Shown one piece after another: positions 54,765 to 63,416 of a stretch of DNA of 64,000 nt (position 1 is the first letter of the stretch; the number at the start of each line of letters is the position of its first letter). The DNA lies in the NCBI GenBank assembly GCA_965217185.1, contig OZ244252.1, forward strand, positions 1,952,001 through 2,016,000, given 5' to 3'. Made by a program: the position numbers and the translations under genes. Under the pieces are notes generated by a model, which saw only the letters and a program-made list of their open reading frames with translations, searched no databases and was not told the origin of the DNA. The DNA comes from an uncultured Candidatus Entotheonella sp. (lineage in GTDB: Bacteria > Tectomicrobia > Entotheonellia > Entotheonellales > Entotheonellaceae).

Positions 54765-55486
54765 CCGCCCGCCTCCCGGGCACGCCAAACCAGGATGTTG
54801 AACTTGGTAGAGGCGAAGGATGAGGTACAGGCGAGGGCCTGCGCTCCGAGTCGTTCATGTAGCCGGGCGATGATGGCAGTCTTGGCTCGATTGCCGGTCA
54901 GCCCCCGGTTGGCGTATGCCAACGCACCGATCAGGAGGTCGGCTAGTGGCAGGAGTTCACTTTCGTGGGAGCGTATCTGCTGGACCCGTTCGATACATTC
55001 CCGGCTGAAATCGTAGAGGCTGTTCGCCAACACGTTGTGCAGTTCCCGCGTTTTCGGGCCGCCTCGCGTGTCTTTCACGTCGAGATAGATACGGTAACGT
55101 TGAGGGGCCATAAACACAGGACGCAGCATCGTGAAGTACATTTTGTAATACCAGTCATGGTGTGACTGGTCGAAACGCGCATGATCGAGGTGACTCTTGT
55201 CAGGCACGACGAGCCCACGGAATCGCAGGCGCTCGTCGGCAAGGAAGAAATCCGTCAGCGCCAGATAGAAATCCGCTCTGGCTGGTGAGGCCTTGGTCCA
55301 TTTCGCCTCGAAATCGGATTTGAATCCGTGTTCGACCTTGATTGCCCGTATCCGTTCTGACAGGTCCGGCACAAACTGCTTCTCGCACAACACCGCACCC
55401 CAAACCATGACGGGAATACGGTCACGTTCAAGATGGCAACTTTCGTCGCAATAGACGTTGATCGTTTTGATGTCAGCCATGCTCAT
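54761..55486 (-). CDS. DUF3800 domain protein
   Basis: VYCDESCHL, EAKW, YYKMYF, IYLD.KDT, SHESELL(P)LADLLIG; start overlaps the hsdS end. Confidence 0.85.
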   Translation of the reverse strand: MSMADIKTINVYCDESCHLERDRIPVMVWGAVLCEKQFVPDLSERIRAIKVEHGFKSDFEAKWTKASPARADFYLALTDFFLADERLRFRGLVVPDKSHLDHARFDQSHHDWYYKMYFTMLRPVFMAPQRYRIYLDVKDTRGGPKTRELHNVLANSLYDFSRECIERVQQIRSHESELLPLADLLIGALAYANRGLTGNRAKTAIIARLHERLGAQALACTSSFASTKFNILVWRAREAGG

Positions 55487-57278
55487 GATCTCCATCAGCG
55501 GCCACTTCCAACGCCTCATGCAACACCGACTCAAGCAACCGCCCCCGCGTTTCGTCTCCCGTGGTAAGGCTCGCTTCCAGCCGGTCGCACAGGGCCATCA
55601 GTTCATCGACCTTGGCGACAATGCGGAGTTGCTCGGCGAAGGGTGGAAGGGCTACCGGTATACGATCCATCCTGTTCTTGGGTAAACCACCACGTCCCGC
55701 TCCGGTTTGCTCGTCGAATATGAAAGACTGAAAATAGGGAGACCGTATTAACAAATGGACAAAATCCTGCAGGCCGTTTATTGCGACCCGTATTATCGCA
55801 ACATGTTGGCTAACATTTGCCTCGCAAAACTGATCGGGTACCCGACAACACCGCCCTAGGGATCCCCCTGTGATGTTCAAGAGCAGGTCGGCCGGCCGAA
55901 CCCCAGTTCCTGACATCTTTTCGTGGGTGGCGGTATCAATATAAGCAACGTCGTCGATACGTAAACCTTCGTCATAAACATTCTGGGACCTCAGAAAGAC
56001 CACCCCCTCTTGTCGATAAGCATTCCTGCCGCCTCTTGGAGTACTGCCTGAGCCTGTCTTGGAACATATCCCTCCGAGAGTACTCCATGCCCAACCAACG
56101 GGAAGAATGAACGGGACATGAAGCGAATCCGGTACTTGGGCCTCAGTCCTCTTTATCTTCCTTTCTTTCACTGATCTCGCTTTTTCAACCGCAATTTCTC
56201 TCAGCAACTCAGACGCCGGTTCATCATTCGGGTCTTGCGGCACCAGCTTCCCGCGTACGGCAAGGTTAAGGATGGTCTGGCGCAGGGCTTTGATCTGGTC
56301 GGGGCGGATGGTGAGCGGGGTGAGGTTGTCGAGGGCGAAGGCGGCATCATTCCGAAACGTCGACGGGTCGGGGTCGGGCGCATTGAGGCGGGCGAGGCTT
56401 GCCGCGGCCAGCCGGTTGCGGGTGGCTTCGCGCTCTGTCCGTGCGGCTTCCAACCGATCGCACAGGGCCATCAGTTCATCGACTTTGGCGATGATGCGGT
56501 GTTGTTCGGCGAGGGGTGGGAGAGGAAACGGCACCCCCGCAACGATCTTCCCCGAGACCTCCCTGAACGTTGTCCCAGGCGCTTTCGCGTCGATTTCAGG
56601 GGCAAAACACTGCATGGCAAGGGCGATGAATCGCGAACAATCTGGCACGTAAGGAACAACAGATTTGAATCCTTGATTGGTAGAGATAGGATTCGCGGCA
56701 ATCGCGACGTAACCGATTGGAGCACGGCTCGTAAAAAGTACGGTTCCTCCTGGCATGAGCGTGGTGGAAGAACTTTGCAGACCCTTCTCAGTTAAATCGC
56801 GGGAGCCCCTGGAGATGAATAACTCCGAATGCCTGCCCAGATCTGCGGGAGTCAACCACGGGATACCTTGGCCCGGCTCGGCGAAATTCACTGCCTCATT
56901 GGCCGGAGGGGTACCTCCTCCAATAATCGCACCCACGGAATCCAACCTAACCCACTGCCAGGACTGCGGGACTTCGAAAGGAACCGTAAGCGCTTCACCA
57001 ACACCTAGCTCGCGCGGCTTCCGAATCTCTCCTGCCTTTATCAACTGCGCTTTCGCCGCCGCAATCCGCTTCAACAACTCCGACGCCGGCTCATCGTCCA
57101 GGTCCTGTGGCGCCAGCTTCCCCCGAACCGCCAAATCAAGAATGAACCGACGCAGACGTGGAACGGCATCCGGCCCGTCGGCAATGCGGTCGAAGTGCGT
57201 AAGCAGGTGTACGGCGTTCATCCCTGCGCCAAACTCGAGCCGATGCTCGGTGTCGGTCAGTTGAATCGAGGTCGCCAT
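55473..57278 (-). CDS. hsdS: Type I restriction-modification specificity subunit
   Basis: Two TRDs (GGTP..., GSTP.GG) flanked by duplicated conserved blocks LAVRGKL.PQD..DEPASELL and LPP.AEQ.RI.AKVDELMALCDRLEA; native start probably 57221, alternative 57278. Confidence 0.95.
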   Translation of the reverse strand: MATSIQLTDTEHRLEFGAGMNAVHLLTHFDRIADGPDAVPRLRRFILDLAVRGKLAPQDLDDEPASELLKRIAAAKAQLIKAGEIRKPRELGVGEALTVPFEVPQSWQWVRLDSVGAIIGGGTPPANEAVNFAEPGQGIPWLTPADLGRHSELFISRGSRDLTEKGLQSSSTTLMPGGTVLFTSRAPIGYVAIAANPISTNQGFKSVVPYVPDCSRFIALAMQCFAPEIDAKAPGTTFREVSGKIVAGVPFPLPPLAEQHRIIAKVDELMALCDRLEAARTEREATRNRLAAASLARLNAPDPDPSTFRNDAAFALDNLTPLTIRPDQIKALRQTILNLAVRGKLVPQDPNDEPASELLREIAVEKARSVKERKIKRTEAQVPDSLHVPFILPVGWAWSTLGGICSKTGSGSTPRGGRNAYRQEGVVFLRSQNVYDEGLRIDDVAYIDTATHEKMSGTGVRPADLLLNITGGSLGRCCRVPDQFCEANVSQHVAIIRVAINGLQDFVHLLIRSPYFQSFIFDEQTGAGRGGLPKNRMDRIPVALPPFAEQLRIVAKVDELMALCDRLEASLTTGDETRGRLLESVLHEALEVAADGDHEHG

Positions 57279-57357
57279 GTCCTCCACTCCAGGTGGCAGT
57301 GTCTCAGTTCGCATTCCTCCTCACGGTGCAAGCTGAAGGAATTGACGGCGACGACCA

Positions 57358-57612
57358 TCAGACCGGAAGGCCGCGTTCGTCATAACCGATGATCTGTTCG
57401 GCACGCCGCCGGTCGCGGCGCGGCAAACCGGCGCAATGCAGGGCAATGTGATCCAGTTCATCGGCAAGCCGGGTGGAACGCTGGGTTTTTTCCACCTGCG
57501 CCAGTCTTTCCTGGATGGCCAGTTTGAGAGCTTTGGCCAACGACTCTCCGGTCAGGCTGGCGAGCCGTTTCGCCAAGGCGTGCGTGTCGGGGTCTTTGAT
57601 GTCCAGTGGCAT
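57358..57612 (-). CDS. VapB-type antitoxin (Rv0623-like), orphan
   Basis: L.IKDP.TH.LA.RLA.LTGES...A...AI.ERL, C-terminal IIGYDERGLP; the overlapping ATG gives only MVV before similarity to vapC is lost. Confidence 0.85.
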   Translation of the reverse strand: MPLDIKDPDTHALAKRLASLTGESLAKALKLAIQERLAQVEKTQRSTRLADELDHIALHCAGLPRRDRRRAEQIIGYDERGLPV

Positions 57613-57764
57613 CGATAAATCCTCCATGGGGCTTTGCACAAAAACCCCGTCCCGCACAACTATGTCCCCACCGAAGGCCGGCATGCCAAGCCGCAACTGC
57701 AGACCAGACCTACTCCAAACCGTGATACAATCGCCCAAATCTCTTCACATGGGAGAACCACGCC

Positions 57765-58223
57765 ATGACAAATTGGATTAAAGAGAACAAAACCCCCATC
57801 ACGGTTGTTGTCTCAGCTGTTGCCACCATTACGGTCGTCCTGGGCGTCATGCTGACGTCCATCAACACCATCCACTACCGGCTCGACGACACCAACCAGC
57901 GCTTCAGCGACCTCCGAGCTGAGATGAACCAGCGCTTTGACGCCCAGGACAAGTACATCAACCAGCGTTTTGATGCCCAGGACAAACGGATCGACGACCT
58001 TGAAAATGATCTTAAAACCGAGATCAACCTGCGCTTCAACGCCCAGGACCAGCGCCTCGAACGCCTGGAAAACGACGTTTCCGAACTCCACACGCTCATC
58101 GTCAGCATCAGAGACCGCGTTTCCCGCAACGAAGGACAGATCAACCTCCTCACACAGCAGCTCAACACCGCGGAAACAAACCCGCGCCCCGAACCAGGAA
58201 CAACCCTGCCCCCGACAGACTGA
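57765..58223 (+). CDS. Membrane-anchored coiled-coil protein with 11-residue repeats
   Basis: One N-terminal TM helix; NQRF.AQD repeats at 57894, 57927, 57960, 58026. Confidence 0.7.
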   Translation: MTNWIKENKTPITVVVSAVATITVVLGVMLTSINTIHYRLDDTNQRFSDLRAEMNQRFDAQDKYINQRFDAQDKRIDDLENDLKTEINLRFNAQDQRLERLENDVSELHTLIVSIRDRVSRNEGQINLLTQQLNTAETNPRPEPGTTLPPTD

Positions 58224-58267
58224 CCCTGAACTTATCCTCATCGGCTCACTGGACACCACCTTCACGT

Positions 58268-59725
58268 CTATCGCAACAGCGCCTCGGCCAGAACCGCCTT
58301 CAATTGCTCGCGCAGGCTGGCCGCTTCGGTTTCCGCGGCGGCCAGCCTCGACAGCAGTTCTTGCGGGTCGCCGAGATCGTCCTCAGCCGTGTGCGGGTTC
58401 TTGACGTCGAGGTTGTAGCCGCGCGCCTTCACGTCTTCGGCCGTCACCTTCCAGGCGCGGTCCGTTTCCTGGCGGCCGGTGCGCTCGGGTCCGCCCCACC
58501 AGTCGATGCAGGCTTGCAGGTGTTCCAGGCGGATGGGCCTGGTCATGGAATAGGCTTTCTGGCCGTCGGGCACGCGGTGCTCGTAGAACCAGATGTCCGT
58601 GGTCGGCGCACCCTTCTCGAAGAACAGCAGGTTGGTGCCGATGGAGGCATAGGGCCGGAACACCGAGTTGGGCAGGCGGACGAGGGTGTGCAGGTTGCAC
58701 GTTTCCAGCAGGTGTTCCTTGAGCCGCGTCTTGACGCCCTCGCCGAACAGGGAACCGTCCGGCAGCACGACCGCGGCGCGGCCGCCCGGCTTCAGCAGGC
58801 GGATGATAAGGGCCAGGAACAGGTCGGCGGTTTCCTTGGTGCGGAAATGCGTCGGGAAGTTGCTCTCGATGCCGTCTTCTTCCTTGCCGCCGAAGGGCGG
58901 GTTGGTCAGCACGACGTCCACCCGGTCCTTCTGCTCCCAACTGATGAAAGGGCGCGCCAGGGTGTTGTCGTGGCGCACGAAGCCGGGGTCTTCGATGCCA
59001 TGCAGCAGCATGTTGGTGACGCACAGCATGTGCGGCAACTGCTTCTTCTCGACGGCGCGGAGGGCGGCCTGCATCGTTCGTTCGTCCTCGGGCCGCTTGA
59101 CGTAGCGTTCGCGCATGTGGCGCAGGGCGCAGGTGAGGAAGCCGCCGGTGCCGCAGGCGGGATCGAACAGGATTTCACCGGGCTTGGGGTCGATGCGGTC
59201 GGCCATGAAGGCGGTGACGGCACGCGGCGTGTAGTACTCGCCGGCGTTGCCGGCGGATTGCAGATCGTTGAGAATTTGCTCGTAAATGTCGCCGAAGTGC
59301 TGGCGCTCGGTCAGGTTGTTGAAGTCGACGTCGTTGATGCGGTTGACCACCTGCCGCATCAGCTGGCCGGACTTCATGTAGTTGTAGGCGTCCTCGAACA
59401 CGTCGCGCACGACGCGGCGGCGGTCGCCGGGCTGGCCGGTGGTTTGGAGTTGCTTGAGGGCCGGGAACAGCTCGTTGTTGATGAACGCCAGCAGGTCCTC
59501 GCCGGTGATGCCCTCGGGATCGGCAGCCCAGGCGCGCCACTGGAAGCGCTCGGGAATCGGGGACGTGTAACCCGTGTGCATCAGTTCCAGTTCCTGGTCC
59601 TGATCGTCGATGATCTTGAGGAAGAACATCCAGCACAACTGGCTGATGCGTTGGGCGTCGCCGTCGACGCCGGTGTCCTGGCGCATGACGTTCTGGATAG
59701 ACTTGACGAGGGTGCGGACGGACAT
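58268..59725 (-). CDS. hsdM: Type I restriction-modification N6-adenine methyltransferase
   Basis: GEYYTPR, DPACGTGGFL (motif I), NPPF (motif IV). Confidence 0.97.
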   Translation of the reverse strand: MSVRTLVKSIQNVMRQDTGVDGDAQRISQLCWMFFLKIIDDQDQELELMHTGYTSPIPERFQWRAWAADPEGITGEDLLAFINNELFPALKQLQTTGQPGDRRRVVRDVFEDAYNYMKSGQLMRQVVNRINDVDFNNLTERQHFGDIYEQILNDLQSAGNAGEYYTPRAVTAFMADRIDPKPGEILFDPACGTGGFLTCALRHMRERYVKRPEDERTMQAALRAVEKKQLPHMLCVTNMLLHGIEDPGFVRHDNTLARPFISWEQKDRVDVVLTNPPFGGKEEDGIESNFPTHFRTKETADLFLALIIRLLKPGGRAAVVLPDGSLFGEGVKTRLKEHLLETCNLHTLVRLPNSVFRPYASIGTNLLFFEKGAPTTDIWFYEHRVPDGQKAYSMTRPIRLEHLQACIDWWGGPERTGRQETDRAWKVTAEDVKARGYNLDVKNPHTAEDDLGDPQELLSRLAAAETEAASLREQLKAVLAEALLR

Positions 59726-59773
59726 GGGCTAGAGTATCTCCGTATCTGATCGCGTTGTTTGCGTGCCGATGCG

Positions 59774-59842
59774 CCCCCCCCCACCGGCTCACCTGCGGGC
59801 TACGCCCTTGTTTTGCCGACTCCCCCTCAAGTGGGGAGTGAT
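59774..59842. repeat. REP-like palindromic element between hsdR and hsdM
   Basis: C-run start, terminal hairpin ACTCCCC-ctcaagt-GGGGAGT; similar in style to the 46.1-46.3 kb hairpins. Confidence 0.55.
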
Positions 59843-59875
59843 GAATAAGCAGACCATATTGCTCCGGCAACCGCT

Positions 59876-62299
59876 CTAGGCGGTCTCCTGGTAGAGGGCG
59901 TCTTGCAAGTCGTGGACCGCGGCAACGAATTGGTCCCTGCCGCCAAAGGCGTTGATCAACTGCAACGGGGTGCCGAGTTGGTTGAGCGGCGGGATGCGCA
60001 GCACCGCGGTATCGTCCAGGTTGAGCAGTCCTTCATCGGCGTATTTGACGAGCAGGGCGTCGAGTACGGCGCGCGCCTGTTCGCCGTACCTGCTGAACAC
60101 GTCGCGCTTCTTGACGTTGGCGGCGCGCTCGCGGCGGGTCAGCGGCTTGGCATCGAAGGCGACGTGGCAGATGAGGTCGAAAGGATCGAGATCCTTGTTC
60201 ACTTCCTGGACGATCACGTCGAGCGCCAGACCCTCGCCCGCCAGTTCGTCGATGATCGCCTGCTTGCGCTGCTCGGCCTTCCAGCGTCGCAGGAAATCGT
60301 CGAGGCTGGCGAAGCGCTTTTTCAACGCCTTGCGGGTGAAATCGCGCAGGGATTCGGTGACCAGCCTGCCGTACTCGTCGAGGTACTCCACCCGCTCGGC
60401 GATGATGGTGGCATCGATGCCGTCCACGTAAACCTTGTGCGTGCTGCCGAGGGGGTACGGCAGGGGGAGGGACGGGTCATGGACGACAACCTCCTCGTCA
60501 TCGGGTTGCAGCGGTTCCGGTTCGCCGGCATCGTCCGGGGGCGTGATCGGGTCGTCCTCGCCCGGCTCGTAAATCTGCACCGGCTCGCCGTCGAACTCCG
60601 GGTCCGCGAAGTGGCTGGTGGCGCCGCGGAAATCCATCAGGGTGAAGTAAAACTTGTGCGTATCCTCGTGCACGCGGGTGCCGCGCCCGACGATCTGCTT
60701 GAATTCGGTCATGGAGTTGATTGGGCGGTCGAGCACGATCAGCCGGCAGGTCTGCGCGTCAACACCGGTGGACAGTAACCGCGAGGTGGTGACCAGCACC
60801 GGGTACGCCGATTCCGGGTCGATGAAGTTGCCGAGTTCCGCCTGACCTTCGGGGTCGCCGCCGGTGATGCGCATGACGTAGCGGTGGTTGTGGGCCACGA
60901 GGTCGGCGTTTTCGTTGACGAGCGCCTGACGCATGCGGGCGGCGTGTTCCCGGTCGACGCAGAAGATGATCGTCTTCTGGAAGCGGTCGCCGCTTTCCTT
61001 GAGGAATTCGGTGACCTTGCGGGCGACAAGGTTGGTGCGGCCGTCCAGCACCAGATTGCGGTCGAAGTCCTTGGCGTTGTAGATGCGGTCGTCGACTTCT
61101 TCTCCGCGGCGGTCGAGCTGGCCCTTTTCGGGACGGTAGCCTTCCACGTCGCGGTCGACGTGGACCTTGATGACTTTGTATGGGGCGAGAAAGCCGTCGC
61201 GGATGCCTTGCTTCAGGGAATAGGTGTAGACGGGCTCGCCAAAGTAATGGATGTTGGAAACGTATCGCGTTTCCCTGGGTGTGGCGGTCAGGCCGATCTG
61301 CGTGGCGGTGCTGAAGTATTCGAGGATTTCCCGCCAGGCCGAATCCTCGGCGGCGCTGCCGCGGTGGCACTCGTCGACCACGATGAGGTCGAAGAAGGTG
61401 GGCGAGAACTCGCGGAAAAGCTTCTGGTGTTCTTCGGGGCCGGTGATGGCCTGATAAAGGCCGAGGTAGATTTCGTAGGCGGTGTCGATGCGGCGCTTCT
61501 TGTTGGCGGCGGTGCCAATCGTCGAGCCGTCTTCACGTTCGATGGTTCCGGCGTGGGTCGAGAGCTTGGCCATGGCCGGGCCAAAGGGCCGGAAGTCGTT
61601 GACCATCGTCTGATCGACCAGGACGTTGCGGTCGGCCAGGAACAGGATGCGCTTCTTGCGGCCCGCCTTCCACAGCCGCCAGATGATCTGAAATGCGGTG
61701 TAGGTCTTGCCGGTTCCGGTCGCCATGACGAGAAGAACGCGGTCGCGGCCCTTGGCGATGGCCTCGATGGCGGCGTTGATGGCGCTCACCTGATAGTAGC
61801 GCGGCGCCTTGCCGCTGCCGTCCTCGAAGTATTCCTGCAGGACGACGGCCTCGGTTTCGGGGGTCAGGCTCTTCCAGGCGCGGAAGCGCGCCCACAGGTC
61901 GGCCGGTGGCGGAAAGGCATCGAGGGTGAGGGTCGTTTCCGGGGTGGCGCTGGCGCCGGTGCGGTCGTGGAAGACGAAGCCGTCGCCGTTGGAGGAAAAC
62001 ACGAAGGGGATGTCGAGGGTGACGGCGTAATCGAGCGCCTGCTGCATGCCGTCGCCGATGGCGTGATTGTTGTCTTTGGCCTCGATCAGTGCGATGGGGA
62101 TGTTGGGCTTGTAGTAGAGAATGTAATCGGCCCGCTTGCCCTTGCCGCGGCTGACCAGCTTGCCGCGCACGATGATGCGGCCCTTGGTGAAGCTGACCTC
62201 CTCGCGGATTTGCGTCATCCCGTCCCATCCGGCACGGCACAGGGCCGGCGTGATGAACTTGGTGCAGATGTCGCGTTCGCTGAGGCTTTTCTTGTCCAT
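59876..62299 (-). CDS. hsdR: Type I restriction endonuclease subunit R (EcoAI/EcoEI-like)
   Basis: ADYIL...IEAK nuclease motif, MATGTGKT, DECHR, TATP, QIVGRGTR, C-terminal DPFDLICH.AF...LTR.ERA. Confidence 0.97.
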   Translation of the reverse strand: MDKKSLSERDICTKFITPALCRAGWDGMTQIREEVSFTKGRIIVRGKLVSRGKGKRADYILYYKPNIPIALIEAKDNNHAIGDGMQQALDYAVTLDIPFVFSSNGDGFVFHDRTGASATPETTLTLDAFPPPADLWARFRAWKSLTPETEAVVLQEYFEDGSGKAPRYYQVSAINAAIEAIAKGRDRVLLVMATGTGKTYTAFQIIWRLWKAGRKKRILFLADRNVLVDQTMVNDFRPFGPAMAKLSTHAGTIEREDGSTIGTAANKKRRIDTAYEIYLGLYQAITGPEEHQKLFREFSPTFFDLIVVDECHRGSAAEDSAWREILEYFSTATQIGLTATPRETRYVSNIHYFGEPVYTYSLKQGIRDGFLAPYKVIKVHVDRDVEGYRPEKGQLDRRGEEVDDRIYNAKDFDRNLVLDGRTNLVARKVTEFLKESGDRFQKTIIFCVDREHAARMRQALVNENADLVAHNHRYVMRITGGDPEGQAELGNFIDPESAYPVLVTTSRLLSTGVDAQTCRLIVLDRPINSMTEFKQIVGRGTRVHEDTHKFYFTLMDFRGATSHFADPEFDGEPVQIYEPGEDDPITPPDDAGEPEPLQPDDEEVVVHDPSLPLPYPLGSTHKVYVDGIDATIIAERVEYLDEYGRLVTESLRDFTRKALKKRFASLDDFLRRWKAEQRKQAIIDELAGEGLALDVIVQEVNKDLDPFDLICHVAFDAKPLTRRERAANVKKRDVFSRYGEQARAVLDALLVKYADEGLLNLDDTAVLRIPPLNQLGTPLQLINAFGGRDQFVAAVHDLQDALYQETA

Positions 62300-62337
62300 C
62301 CGGGTCGACCTCTCACCTTTGCGGCCGGTGCCCCTAC

Positions 62338-62544
62338 CTACACCTCCACAAATTCCGTGGAAGTCTGCGGCTCCGGTATTGGGGTCCCGTCTTCCCGCAA
62401 GCCATCAAGATGAAAAGCAACTGCCTCTCTTATATCGTGGGAGACCTCCTCCCGTGTCTTGCCCGTGGCCACGCAGCCCGGCAAGTCAGGCACATAAGCC
62501 GAGTAGTTATTGGTTGCCTTTTCAACAACCACCGCGTATTTCAT
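62338..62544 (-). CDS. hicB: HicB family antitoxin (short form)
   Basis: YAVVVEK...YSAYVPDLPGCVATG.T.EE...IREA..FHL.GL.EDG..IPEP. Confidence 0.92.
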   Translation of the reverse strand: MKYAVVVEKATNNYSAYVPDLPGCVATGKTREEVSHDIREAVAFHLDGLREDGTPIPEPQTSTEFVEV

Positions 62545-62742
62545 TGTTCACTTCTCGTCAATCCGGCCTGCTTCAAAATGCTGTTCCACGTGCCCGGTGC
62601 CAAGTCTTCGTTCTGATGCCCCGGAATTCGTCACCCGTCCTGCCTTGAGCGGATGCTTGTCTTGCCGGTGACTTCCTCGAACCCGAACCAGGTGTCAACC
62701 GTCCCGTTGTATCAACAAGACGGCGTCCCGTACCTTGGGCAT
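62541..62742 (-). pseudogene. hicA: HicA toxin pseudogene
   Basis: Manual translation MPKVRDAVLLIQRDG*HLVRVRGSHRQDKHPLKAGRVT, frameshift, IPGHQNEDLAPGTWNSILKQAGL...; TGA at the conserved DGW Trp plus a 1-nt insertion. Confidence 0.88.
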
Positions 62743-62820
62743 GCTGTTGCTCGAATGCCGCGCGCCGAGCTGCGGAGAGTGACGGGAGCGGGTGTCTCAA
62801 GCCGTCAGGAATTGCGGTGC

Positions 62821-63333
62821 CTATTCAGTCCCGCCCGGATCGAACCCCAGCGCCCGTTCCGGCTCGTGCACGTGCATGAGGAAGATTTTCCATTCGCCGT
62901 CCTGGCGCAGCAGCGTGTAGGTGGCGGCGCCCTGATGGAGCAATTCGCCCGTGCCCTTGACGCGGTTGAACACGGTGCTGACGAGGGCGGTGTCGTCGCT
63001 CATCGGCTGCACGTTCACGGACACCCATTCGGTGTGGTCATAGCCGCGGTGATTGAGGGTGCGCTTCCACCTGCGCACGGTGCGGCGAATCTTCTCAGAG
63101 GTCTCGAACTCGGTGACCACGCCGTGCGGCGCCAGCAGGTACAGGGGAGCATGATGCAGGGAGGCGATGTAACGGGAGGATTTGTTGTCGAAGCTGTCGA
63201 GGTAATGGTTCATGAAGGCCAGGACGTCGTCCCTGGTATCCGCCTGGGCGGCCACCGTGCATATCAGGACAACCGCCAGAGCCAGCAATTGCATCGTGCG
63301 AAAAGCGATGCGCGCCCGGTGCCCGTCGGTCAT
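62821..63333 (-). CDS. Secreted NTF2/SnoaL-like (DUF4440-type) protein
   Basis: Signal peptide AQA; C-terminal TY.L.RQDGEWKI...H; GGAGG RBS. Confidence 0.65.
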   Translation of the reverse strand: MTDGHRARIAFRTMQLLALAVVLICTVAAQADTRDDVLAFMNHYLDSFDNKSSRYIASLHHAPLYLLAPHGVVTEFETSEKIRRTVRRWKRTLNHRGYDHTEWVSVNVQPMSDDTALVSTVFNRVKGTGELLHQGAATYTLLRQDGEWKIFLMHVHEPERALGFDPGGTE

Positions 63334-63351
63334 TCTTTTCCACCTCCATAC

Positions 63352-63393
63352 AAAAAAACGGGAGAAGGAGCCCGATTAAGCCCCTTCTCCCGT
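63352..63393 (-). terminator. Intrinsic terminator downstream of the PQQ dehydrogenase
   Basis: ACGGGAGAAGG/CCTTCTCCCGT stem with a T7 tail on the minus strand. Confidence 0.75.
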
Positions 63394-63416
63394 TGGTCTT
63401 AGGTCAAATCAGCGCC

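Noticed and set aside
51955..57760. Integron cassette array
   Set aside because: Small genes and TA modules are suggestive, but orientations are mixed and I saw no attC sites or integrase
58304..62413. Long + strand ORFs (481, 291 and 509 aa)
   Set aside because: Codon-mirror shadows of hsdM and hsdR
62695..62697. In-frame TGA in hicA as a selenocysteine codon
   Set aside because: It replaces a conserved Trp (TGG to TGA), not a Cys, and the gene also has a frameshift
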